This document shows, piece by piece, positions 27,085 through 39,600 of a DNA stretch of 64,000 nucleotides; position 1 is the first letter of the stretch, and the number at the start of each line of letters is the position of its first letter. A model generated the notes under the pieces. The model saw only the letters and a list, made by a program, of their open reading frames with translations. It was not told where the DNA came from and did not search any database. The DNA comes from Paragordius varius (lineage: Eukaryota > Animalia > Nematomorpha): assembly GCA_964247055.1 (NCBI GenBank), contig OZ176051.1:12028001-12092000 (forward strand), in the 5' to 3' direction. A program made the position numbers and the translations under genes.

Positions 27085-27335
27085 CATATTCACCATCAAA
27101 CAAATCAAAACCCTTTCACAATAATTCCCCCTAAAAATAATTTGTGTTTTCGAGCTAATATAACTTATTATTTATATGATATCTTTATGGCATAGTTTAT
27201 TAGTTTTTCAGTATTATTATAATAAACATGTTTTTTAAAATATAAAAATATATAAATAATTTTTAATCTAAAAAAACAAATAATTTATTTTTAGGTGAAT
27301 TTAAATTGCTTAATAATGAATTTAATCTCTAAAGG
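27085..27335. mobile_element. Degenerate copy of the TATA-flanked MITE family
   Basis: Shares the internal sequence CCCTAAAAATAATTTGTGTTTTCG-GCTAATATAACT...TCTTTATGGCATA with copies at 38170 and 57443. Confidence 0.65.
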
Positions 27336-27654
27336 GTAAAAAATATATGATTTGGCTAAGCATAAATCGTCCTAAAATTTTACGTTTAACATCACATCTT
27401 TGTTCAGTTTTTTCATGTAAAATTTTGATAGCAGAAGGCATTTAGATTATTGCGCTTTTGGCTTTGGCCTTTACGGTTTATATGACTAATATTTGGGGAA
27501 GGCAAGGTATTTATTGTATATCACAAAATATTGTATATCACAAAAACAACAACTGCGCGTTATATCATGATCTCTATATATATATATCTACGATAATTAG
27601 GTTTAATGTATTCACATATATCAAGGTAAGATGTTTGCTTATATACAATTATCT

Positions 27655-27830
27655 CAAAGTATAATAATAATCACAAGTAGTGGGGAGGTTATAACAATAT
27701 AATAATAGTATACAGATAAGTTAATAGGTTAATGTACTGCAAGGTATAATAATAATATTCACAAGTGGTGGGGAGGTTATAACAATATAATAATAGTATA
27801 CAGATAAGTTAATCGGTTAATGCACTGATA
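27655..27830. repeat. Tandem duplication, about 83 bp x2
   Basis: GTATAATAATAAT-CACAAGT(A/G)GTGGGGAGGTTATAACAATATAATAATAGTATACAGATAAGTTAAT(A/C)GGTTAATG occurs twice in tandem. Confidence 0.85.
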
Positions 27831-28594
27831 TATAACGAATGTTGAGTGTTTAGCAGGTCTATTCAAATTAGCCTCTAACAATGACTAAGTTATATACATA
27901 CACATTCGTTAAGTGCTCTATATTAAAAAATGGCAAAATTTGCGCATATTTTTTATAATAAATTTTTTTTGGTGAAAACTATGATAAAAAATATTACTAT
28001 CATAATCTTATATGAAAACTATACTTTGATAAAATATAAATTATAGATCTGGGCTACCAACGGAAGCTTTAAATTTTAAAAACGTTCCCATTGTCTAAAA
28101 ATAAAGGCGAAAGGGCTGTTACTGCGCAATAAAAATAATTTTTCCATAAGAGATTATGGTATCATAAAATATTTATTAAATAAGATACCCTTAAAAAATT
28201 ATAGCAAATTTTGTAGAGCACACTTTATTTTGAAGAATGAAAAAGATAAAAATATGCTTTAAGATATTGCAAAAACATTTATTATTTATAAACCAAGAAT
28301 CTTAAACATATGTGTCATTTTAGAATTTTAATATAAAGGCTTCTGCTAAAATTTGGGTAAAAATTTATATCCAACGAAATTAGAGGAACGAATATATATA
28401 CCATATTTTGTGGTGAGAGAAATGTCAACATAATCGAATTATATTGTTTCATATATTATAACATTTTTATACCGTTTACAACATGTTTCGAAATCTTTTC
28501 GCTTCATCGCTAAAATTAATTACAATAAACTATGCAGTTTTTTAATATGTTTTTGTCGTGCCATGTATTTAACGAATTTGCGTTTATTCTAACC

Positions 28595-30688
28595 CAGTGG
28601 TACTCAAACCGCGGCCTGCTGGCCGCATGCGGTCCTAAGAATGCTTTAAAATTCTATGACCATATTGATACTTAAATTATTTTTTATTGAATTTTTATAT
28701 ACATAAACGAATTTTTTATTTTAAAATTAATATATCTTTATTAATTTTGGTAATTTTTATATTTTACCCATTTTGAAATCAGGAAAAATTTCCACGTTAA
28801 GATGATTTCAAAATTTTGGCACACGTTGTTTCTGATTCTGTGTTCGATTTTCTTTTTATTTGAAATTTTGACATTCCTTTTATGTATTTAGCAAACCTTT
28901 TACCCAAACTTGCATGTACATATTCTTTTCATTGCTATCTGCATCATTTTTTATAACTCATTCCCATAAAATATTTTTTAAATCAACATGATTAAATTTG
29001 TACCTGTTTTTGTTATAGCGTAATTCTAATTATATTCCTATTTTTTGAAAAGTTTTACATAATAAAACATTCAAAGGATTACATCTAATGCTAAAAAACG
29101 TAAATTATGCGATGAATATCGCTCCTTTAAAAAAGAATGGGAAGAAAAATTCCTTGTCGGTTTAAATAAAAATGTTGTTACCTGCCTTATAAAGGACAAC
29201 ATAATTATAAAAAATACAATATTAAAAGACATTTAACAATCCATCATTCTCATACAATACCAGAAAATCTTAAGGAAAGAAACGAAAAATAAAAAAGTTA
29301 AGGAAAAAGAAAAATCTATTATGTCCATAGCTTTCTCCCAAAAAAAGGCTGTAACATTTTCGCATGAAATTCGCTATATTTTAGAAAAAAATGAAACCGT
29401 TTACTGATTCCCAACTAATAAAAGAGTGTCTAATAAATGGTTGCACTTTTTTTGATAAATTCCATAATAAAGATCAAATATGAGGCAAATTGAAAAACTT
29501 CAACTTTCTGAACATGGCGCCACGCATAGATATGTATAAAATATTTTAACATTACATTATTGGCTCTGAAAAACTGCAAATATTTTAGTATTGCTATTGA
29601 TTCTAGCACCGATATTAGTTCGAAATGTGCCCTCTTCGTGAGTTGCAACGACAATATAATCAACGAGTTTGACGATATTCTTGTGTACACCGCTGTGGGA
29701 TGGCTAAGCCTTAGCAAAGTATTAAATAGATTTTTTGTTTAAGACATCAAATTCTATTATTTATAAAAGATAATAGAAAGTTTGACGAGGAAATTAATAG
29801 TGACAAATGGTGGGTTTATTAGCCTAATGCGACATTATTTATAAACTTTTTTTTAATACAAATATTCAAGGGAGCAATATAATAACCCAATTGGCTAATC
29901 AAATATTTGTTGAAGAAAAATTAATAATATATAAAGATTTTAATAAAGCACTCCTATATTTTCCAACATAAAAACGATTCATAAAGAAAATATGGAATTT
30001 ACCGCGGAGATAATAAATCATTTAACATTTTTATCTAATGAGATGAATTCAGATTTTAAGAATTAAGAAATATTAAAAATTGCTTAAAACTCGTAAAAAT
30101 CCATGGCATATGGATATATCCAATATTAAGAAACTTGATCATTTCGGTTTTGATCAGAGCATATCATTGAAGATTTCGTAGATTTTAAAAATGATTCCAA
30201 TTTAGAGGCTATATTCAAGGAGAATCATAGAGTAGAAAAAAGATATGTAGAGTTTTGGCAAAATGTGCCAAATAAATAAGAAAATAAAAAAAAAGTGCTC
30301 AAGGTTATCTAGCTGTTTTCCGTCAACTTACACGTGTGAGACTGCATATTCAAAAATGAGTATGCCAAGAATACCTACAGAAATCGCTTAACCGTTAATC
30401 ATATGGACGACGTATTAAGATTGTCCTGTCATGAGACCAAAATTGTTAAATATCACTGGTTAATATCAAAGTTAATGTTGTTATCAAAATATTTTAATTT
30501 TTTAACTAAATGGTGCAAAATAAATTTTTAGCTGGATTTACATACGATCCGGAAAAAATTCATTGTGTTGATTTAAAGTATTATGTGCATATGTGTTAAA
30601 TAGCTATGGAATGTTTGCCATTATATATGGCCCTCGAAAAAAAAATATATTTTATTTGGCCCGTTAATCTTTTTGGTGAGTACCACTG
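28595..30688 (+). mobile_element. hAT (Charlie/Buster-like) DNA transposon, internally deleted, transposase decayed
   Basis: TIRs CAGTGGTACTCA...TGAGTACCACTG, subterminal GGCCGCATGCGG. Imperfect TSD TTCTAACC / T(A)TCTAACC. Collinear with the copy at 53712-56167. Confidence 0.9.
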
Positions 30689-31437
30689 TATCTAACCTAT
30701 TTTAGCGGATAAGGACATCTGGTGCCCATATCTAATTTTATTAAAATAATTTGCTTTATATATAGATTAAATATTTTATTACTTTAAAATAGAGCAAACT
30801 TTACGAAAATTGTTAATTACCAAAATGTGCGCAAATTTTGCCATTATGAAGAGCATAAAAGTGTAAACATTTTTCCAAAATCATTCATCTAGGCCACACC
30901 CAAATTCGGACGCAATGTATATTATCATTTTATATTATCATGAAATGAATTTACAAATCATAAGGTATCTTTATTGATTAACTGATAACACAAATTCGAG
31001 TCTATCTTCAAGAGCTGATGATGCTGTGATTTTATTTTATTCATGTTGAGTGTCATACATATAAACGGAAAGCTGTATTAGGCTAGGGTTTTAACAGTTA
31101 TAAAAGATTATAACCGTTACTGTGACTGCTTTAATATAATCAGACATATCTTTAAAACACGTGTTTGACAAGTGATAATAACGTGTAATGGATATCAAAA
31201 AATTGCGGAATTTAAAAATGTAATTTTTAATTTGTTTGCCAATTAATAATGTTTATGCGGTATTAAAACCAGAATTTATTGGTAAATTTACATTTTACTG
31301 GTTACGACAATAAATCACATTCATAAGCAATCATACCGGGTTTGCATCTTAAGCCGTTTTATTCAATTAAATAATTTGTATAACATTTATACTTTTTTAA
31401 GTGTGGACAATAATGTATCCATTCTAATATATTTTAG

Positions 31438-32880
31438 ATGTGTCATATCCACCATTTGAAGACTATGGTTATAGCATGCTTTGCAATGCTTTGCTATTTG
31501 ATAGCCCCATTTTTAACAAATGGGATAATCAATGCTCATTCCTTGCCTAATCCAAACACGGAAGTCACATGTTCTGACCCTAGGAATCAATGGAATCAAA
31601 CAAAATGCTTATTACACAAATCATGGGAAAATGGGGCTTTACTCCCAAATCAAACGTATTATTACAGAAATGGTTGGAGAAATTATATAGCACTGGTGGC
31701 CAATCTTTTATGTTTGTTTGACGTATCTCAACCCCTAGATCCCTATTCACAATTGTGTCTAGGTCCGTGGCTAAATAATGGGAACAATGGAAGCAATAAT
31801 GGTACAAATAATGGAAACAATGGAAATAACAATGGGACAAATAATGGAAATAATGGGAACAATGGAAACAATAATGGTACAAATAATGGAAATAATGGGA
31901 ACAATGGAAACAACAATGGTACAGGCAATAATGGAAATAATGGGAATAATGGGAGCAACAATGGTACAGGCAATAATGGAAATAATGAAGTTCCCCAGAA
32001 TAAACCTTGGAAAATTACTATTAATCTTCAGGGATCTGATAATAGCGATGGTACACCCGGGATAAAATTGGACATTGCCAGCATCTTGGATGCGAATTGT
32101 TATGACATTTTACTTATAAAAATTATGCTTGATATGAGACGCATACTACAACAAGAAAAATGTCCATTGTGCCCAAAACGTGCCAAACCTCGCAAACCAA
32201 ACAATAGGAGTCGATGGTTCTCTGATGACGTCAATAATAAAAATGCTAATTCCAAAATTGAAAATTTGTTTACCGATTGTCCATTAAATACGTCATTTTT
32301 CCCGTTTCATGGTTGGAATAATTGGATTTACGATTATGATGTCAAGGATTTTTTGCCTAAAAAGAACAAAATCCGATTTCTAACACATCCAAAGGAATGC
32401 CACACAAAATCAGAACCAAACCGTTTTTCTAAAAAACTACGGTGCCCCAAGATTTCAGATTACGAAAAATGCCACAAGAATCCAAATATAACCTTTCTTT
32501 CAGGTTGGATCTGTAATTTAATTGATTTGCCAGCCATGAATGGGACCAATTATCTAAAATGTTATCATCAGCGTAGAAGGCATGCAATTTTTGCAAAAGT
32601 TTTACGATACCTTTTGCAAAACAAATATCGATACACAGACAAATATAAAATGGCACATATGGTACGAAAGGCTAATCCCACTTATTTCCTGTCTTTAAGA
32701 GATCGTAAAATTTTGCTTCAATCAACGAAAAAATTATTAAAATTATCGGAGCTTGGATTCTTAAGCAATTCGACAGATCCTGATGTAAATAAACTCTTGG
32801 ATAAAATATATTACGTTGGTGGACCAAACATTATACGAAGATTTTATGATTTTGTTAACGTAATATTAATGAACTCTTAA
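31438..32880 (+). CDS. Intronless, probably secreted orphan protein (480 aa) with a Gly/Asn repeat
   Basis: A 1443-bp open frame in very AT-rich DNA. Hydrophobic N-terminus (MVIACFAMLCYLIAPFLTNG), about 70 aa of (G/N)NN repeat, Cys-containing flanks. No family recognised. Confidence 0.8.
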   Translation: MCHIHHLKTMVIACFAMLCYLIAPFLTNGIINAHSLPNPNTEVTCSDPRNQWNQTKCLLHKSWENGALLPNQTYYYRNGWRNYIALVANLLCLFDVSQPLDPYSQLCLGPWLNNGNNGSNNGTNNGNNGNNNGTNNGNNGNNGNNNGTNNGNNGNNGNNNGTGNNGNNGNNGSNNGTGNNGNNEVPQNKPWKITINLQGSDNSDGTPGIKLDIASILDANCYDILLIKIMLDMRRILQQEKCPLCPKRAKPRKPNNRSRWFSDDVNNKNANSKIENLFTDCPLNTSFFPFHGWNNWIYDYDVKDFLPKKNKIRFLTHPKECHTKSEPNRFSKKLRCPKISDYEKCHKNPNITFLSGWICNLIDLPAMNGTNYLKCYHQRRRHAIFAKVLRYLLQNKYRYTDKYKMAHMVRKANPTYFLSLRDRKILLQSTKKLLKLSELGFLSNSTDPDVNKLLDKIYYVGGPNIIRRFYDFVNVILMNS

Positions 32881-33689
32881 TTAAGTTTTTGAGTAGGATA
32901 TATTGTTTTCATTAGTCAGCCTTAATTTTATTGCATAAATTTGGTAATAATTAAAAATATTTATAGACCAATTATGTAAATCATACAAATTATTTCTATT
33001 CCCATAAATAATAAATTATTAATTAATCAAGGTAAAATAATGAAATTACCTATATTCATATAAATCGCTTTAATTGAGTTTCTGAAGTCCAACTAGAATT
33101 CTCTTTTGTATTAATAAAACATCAAAAAAATGTTCCTATTAACTCATGCTAGGTGGTTCTATTAACACTATTTCTAATTTCTTAAAGCCTATATAATTAT
33201 GATGAAAACCTTCACATTTTTGATCTGGATATATAATTTAATTTTATACATTAAAATTTCATAGTTTGAAAACATATTAAATTTTATATGCGGTTTTGCG
33301 TTTTAAATATATATTTTCATACGCATACCCTAAAATAAAAAATAATATTTTATATTTTAACCTTGAGCCTGTTATAATATATATTATCTTGTAAAGCATC
33401 AATAACCAATATAATATATAAAGAAGATATTTTTGATTCATCAAAACAATTAATTTGCTTACAATCAGGTATGGATGAAACAGTTTTTAATTTTTTTATA
33501 TAATTATTATAAAAAAAGTATTCAACCTTGCATTAGATAGCTTCTTATTATAACAATAAAAAATTGGTATAGTCTGACAATTACTAATAAAATGGAAAAT
33601 TTATGATTAAAATTGATCAATTTTGATCCCTATAATAAAGAAATAAATAATAATTTATTCGGAAACAAACAAATATTCTATTCTACAAA

Positions 33690-36600
33690 AAAATCTTTGA
33701 TAAATGTCGTGCAAAGAGTTTTAGTTAATTCAGTCAAAAATGTTAATATTTCTTCAGGTGCGTGTAGGGTGTGTTGGAGAAATAGAAAATGATCACGGGA
33801 AAAAGCCAGCGCCAAAAAGGGATTTACTATTTCAATCCTTTGAAATGTGTTGAGATATTGTGGCAGATTATAAGCTAAAAATATATGATAAAATATAGCG
33901 TTATTTTTTTAGATATATAACAAAAATTTAAAAACCGCTACTTTATAAATTAATACTACTTACTTTTGAAAGCGTCCAATGTTTGAAGGCTGTTTGATAA
34001 CGTAAGATATTTTAATTTGTCAGGCAAATCTGTATTAACAATATTTTCGGCCCTTTCCACATAACATTCTTGATAAAATTTTACAGATGCCGTTTGATAA
34101 ATATCGTATGAATTGGTCGGTGTTTCCGAGTCTGATAATATATTTTGATAATTATTATCACAAAATAATTGGGACAATGGAAACCGAGAAAATGAAATTT
34201 GAATTTGAGATAGACTAGGAAGCTCATGGAAAAATTGTTTAGTTTCTAAGGAAAAAAATAAAATGTTAATTATAAAACAATTTTTTTTGATCGACAATAA
34301 AATGCATATAAAAATACCAATCTTTTTGTCTAAACTGTCATTTAAATGTTGGGTTTGTTCCAACAATTCTCGTTTCATACTTCGTTTTATCCATTTGGGT
34401 TTAAGCAAAGGCCAAGTTACATAAACAAGTAGGGAATAAAAATGTGAAAAATTTTCAAAGCTTTCAGCGGTGAACCTTTTATAGACAGGCGAATCATTAC
34501 AAATATTAGCGTTTAAAGGACTAGATATTTGGGTTGAATGTTGTTTCGGTTCTTCGATAACCAGTGTTAAGGGATGTATCATTTCATCATAATCATCATC
34601 GGGAGAATCTAAAACATATGGAAAAAAAGTAAAAAATTAAACAACAATGTTAAAATTCAGTTGTAATCAAATATTTTGTTTCCTGCTATTAATGATAAAT
34701 TTAAATTGCAAATTTTTTCGGATAACAATAAACACATCATAACGTCTACCGTATCTTTGGAAATAATCATAATTATGAATTCTTTGATGCGATAAAAGAT
34801 TAAATAAGATTTGCCAAAACGCCATTTAATTAGAAAACAGTTTCAATTTTTTGGAAAATAAAATGGTAAAAAACTTGAAAATTATTATAAGGTTATTCAT
34901 GGTTTTCATTTGCTTTGAAATAAAGATAAAACAAGTTATAATAAGAAAAAAAATATCTAATATAGTTATAATGATAATATGATAATTATATGTTTAATTT
35001 TGACAAAGGTTGATTAAATTAAATTTAAAACTTATTTTAAAATATCATAGTCAAGCGATGCTGCCCCACAGAGAAACATTCAGATATGATTTATCAACCT
35101 GGACCAAGTCTCAAACACAATAATTAAAAAAATATCCAAAATATCTAATCAAATCATGCATTATGATTACAATTAAACCTGGTATAGGGTATGATTCAAC
35201 GTTTTCAGATGTAGTATCATCTGAGAAAACATTATCCGTAGATATCTCAATATCCGTCACTTGAGCAAATTGGTTATTATTTAGTAGGTCGGTACCACCA
35301 AATACTATATAGTATAATATAAATATTTAGATTAATCACATTAAAATTGAGTGATTATATATAATGTATTAATATTGGGATTGTAAGACTATAATTGAAT
35401 GAATTTATTAAGTTAATTTTCGAATACTACAAGAAGTAATCTTTGTCAAACGTAAAAATTACAACAAGATATAAAATAAAAATCAAAGTATAAATTAAAA
35501 ATATTAAATGAGAAACCAAACTAAAATATGATATTTTCTGGCAGATAACATAAGACGGGTCTGCCGCTTTTGTATACTAAATATATGTTATAATTATTTA
35601 TGTGCAATAAAATTAACCATTAATAAATATATAAATTCTATTTTTGACAATGTTTCACATTAAGATTTATACCATTATCTATATTTATTTTTCATCAATT
35701 GTTGGTTGATTTACAAAAACATAATTTCCGACAAAAATGCAGACAACCTAAAAATATGTTTCAAAAAAATGTATTAAAAAACTTCATACCTGAATTATCT
35801 TTAAATGGTACTGGTTTATTCAGAGGCGTGCCATTTTCATTGTTTAAGTCTATCGTTGTTTGAGGTATAATTGGTGTAGTTTGATAAGCAGTTGTAATTA
35901 TAGGTTTAACAACGGTAGTAGAAAATGTTTCTTTATCAAGTATTAATTTTGAATCTGCAATTCGGTCCTTAAATGGTATAAAGACATAGTTTGCAGGTAA
36001 GGGTCCAGGACTACGCATACCCGGTGAAGCGAGAAGGCTTCTAAAGCAAAAATTGTTTGACATTAATGTCAGAAAAAATGCTTTATACCCAAAAAATCAA
36101 TTTCCGTTAAGTTTGTTATATAATTATTGCACCATAAAATTTATTATTCATATATAGAGTTAAAGGCGGTTTTAAAAATGAACAGACATAATGATCATTG
36201 TATTCACCAAATCTTTTTGATAAACTTAATATTAATAATAATTGTCTACGAAAAAAAATCATATCTCAATTAGTAAAAACCTTTTTTGCGTTTGATTATA
36301 ATTGTTTGGTGAGGAGGGTGAATTGGCCCATCCTTCATTGTTTGTATCATCAATCATTTCATCAATCAAGACTTGAGACTTCTATACATATTATATATAT
36401 ATATATATATAAATATATATATAATTCATATGTGTGTAAACATTAAAAACTATGCAAAAAATAAAAACGATTATAAATATACTATTTACAGTTCAAATTC
36501 ACCCTATATGTGTTTTCAAACTAATATAACTCATTATTAATATGAAATACATTTTTATGGCATACTTTGTTATTTTTTGAGTATTATTTTAATTTAAAGG

Positions 36601-39600
36601 AAAATTTTGATTTTTTAAAAATTTTATAAAATATAGGTAATTTTTAATCTTAAAAAACATATATTTTATTTGAGGGTGAATTTGAATTGTTCGATGGTGA
36701 ATTTGAATTGTAAATGCCATATTTTAATCGATAATAATTTATAAGGTTATTATACCTTATCAACTGTTTTAAATGGGTTCCCAAACGTATGAAGCCGTGG
36801 TCCAGATAAACCGAAACCCCTATTATTAATGCTCAATGGATCCACAGGCCTGAGTGAAGGAGAAGTTTGACCCTGTTGAGCCTTTATATTTTGATATTCC
36901 TGGAAATTTCCCATTTGAGCGATGCTTACCTGGAACTCTAATGTTAAATGGACAAATTAACAATAAAAATATAAAATTTTGTGAATGATATTAAGATAAA
37001 ATTACAATCAAAAAGGCAATATCCGAATTCAATTTTTAGTCAATATTTCATGGTTTTATCACAAAATTGTTTATGAGAATTAAAATTATATATTATAAAA
37101 AAATACTAAATATATGCATACCTTGATGAGGTGGTACAGTTTTAAGGAATGTTTTCGTGTCCAAGACCCAATGTTCATTGAAGGGTGGAAGGTTAAAATT
37201 AAATCGACACCATGTATCCTTAACCAGGAGTAAATGTCTCAACGATTGGATCGTATTATACATGGCGGTTTTGCGTTCATTTATGACTGAAGGATATACT
37301 CTCTTAGCGTTTTCTGTGTGGTTATTTCGCCGTTTCAAACATTTAGAATACGGCGAAAAAATCATTCCATTTTTTCGTTTACCCACATTTTGAGCATGAT
37401 CAACATTCGGACATATTATTTGCATTTCTAAACTATCATTGGGTTGTATGGCTTTGCCCATCGTTTGCAAAAAGCTGGGGGAATTAAATTGAGCAAATGT
37501 ATCTTTGGCAATTTGAACACCAATTTGTTTGTAAGTTTCTAAGCTTTGTGTCGTGAGCGTTAGTGATATTGTAGTTAACGCCATACCAATACTATTGTTT
37601 TCATTCATAAGGGGTGTAGTAGAGCTGACCTCTGAAGATTGGGGTATAGTTAAGCCAAGATCAACACTGTATATAATTTACACATATTAAATCGATAAAA
37701 TAGACATGAGTTGATCAAAAAAATGGGTAAAAATATTTTAAGTAAATAAATAAACTTTTAAATAACCGTCAAACGTACTATATATGGAAAAATTGGAGAT
37801 AACATTTTTGATATTTATATCTATCTATGTTGTTACTCTAGAAAATGTACTACAAATAAATTAGTATTGGATTTCATTATTAGGAAAAGTTGGAACAATT
37901 AAATCAATGAAACAATATCCATAAGCTAATATTTATACTAATAAGTAAAACCATTATTGATGTAGTTTAAACCATTTACGTAGAGACGAAAAAATAACAA
38001 ATGTTATTATTTTAATGAAAAAATTATAAATATGATAATATTATACATATAACTAAAAAATTTTTTATAATTATTATAAAATAATCATAAAAGAGTTAAA
38101 AACCAAAAAAAAATTTGTAATCATTTATTTAAATAAAAACACATAATAAGTATTTTGAAAAAATATAAACCATTTACAGTTCAAATTCACCTCTTGAAGA
38201 ATTCAAATTCACCCTAAAAATAAATTAAGTGTTTTCGTACTAATATAACTCATTATTAATATGAAATATATCTTTATGGCATAGTTTAATATATTTTCAG
38301 TATTATTTTAACTTAAAACAAAATATTTATAAATAAAAATATATTAAAATATAGGTAATTTTTTAATCTTAAAACAACATATATTTTATTTTAGGGTGCT
38401 TGAATATGAATTGTTCAAGGGTGAAATTGAACGTAAATGGTATATTTGAAATGTTTAAGGGTGAATTTGAAATGTAAACTGTTAATGGTATATTTTTCAA
38501 CACAACAAAGTTATTCAAAACAGTTTTGGATTTTAAATGTAAAATTTCTTTTAATAATTATAGAATCCCTACTTTTGAGCTAATAGACTTTTGGTCAATT
38601 TAGAGGCAAGTGGACACCCTTTAGGCGCCTTAATAATTTGGGACGCTAAATTTTCCAATTTATTTTTATGTCCTGTGTTAGATTGTGCCAGGGTGTGAGA
38701 TATAAGTGCAACTTGTCTATCATATTCAACTTTAGCCTATAGAAATAAATAAATGTATATATATATATATATAAGGTAATTTTATTGAATACGATTCAGG
38801 TAAAAAAAACATACATCATCTATTTTACATTATAATTTTTTTATACTTTCCGCTCTACCTATGATTAATTATGGAGATATTTATTTAAAAATGTCAAATA
38901 TATTTATTTATTTTTGATTACAGTAGTATAAGGCACCATTTCACTTTAAATTCATCACTGAACAATTAAAATTTACCCTAAAATAAATTACGTGTTTTTT
39001 AGATTAAAAATAGCTATATTTTTTTATATTTTTTAAAAAATAATATTCTGTGCAAAATTAAAATCATACTGAAAAAATAATAAACTAAGCAATAAACATA
39101 AATTTATATTAATTTATATTAGCCTGAAAAATAATTTATTTTTAAGGTAAATTTGAATTGTTCAAGGGTAAATTTGAATTGTTCAAGGGTAAATATGAAT
39201 TGTTCGAGGGTGAATTATTGTTTAAGGGTGAATTTAAATTGTAAATGGTATATTTCTGATTTCAAATACAAAATTTTATTAAACCCTAGTAAAATTCATT
39301 TTAATAACACATTTCCCTGAATAAAACTTTCCATATTTTGGCATAGCGAAAATTGATAAAATAACTATTTGTTACAGATATTTAAATATACAGTATGCAT
39401 TCAAATGGTTGCTTATTTCACACAATAGTAGGGCAATTTGCAACACAACACTATTGTATGGAAAAAAGAAGGAAAAAGATTTTTTAATCAACATTTTGTT
39501 GCTTTTTCCATACACTACTGTGATGCGAATTGCCCAGCTATACTGTGAAATAAGCAACCATTATGATATAATATAATATTTAAGCACGCATTACCATTGT

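Noticed and set aside
27490-27905. Possible solo LTR (TGT...ACA) around the 83-bp duplication
   Set aside because: No matching TSD and no second copy in the window.
22100-28500. Additional genes in the interval between the MITE cluster and the first hAT copy
   Set aside because: Only short AT-rich ORFs and TE remnants; no spliceable conserved peptide was found, although small exons could have been missed.
31580-32065. Overlapping ORFs 31580..31882, 31743..31973 and 31778..32065
   Set aside because: Alternative-frame shadows of the stop-poor Gly/Asn repeat.
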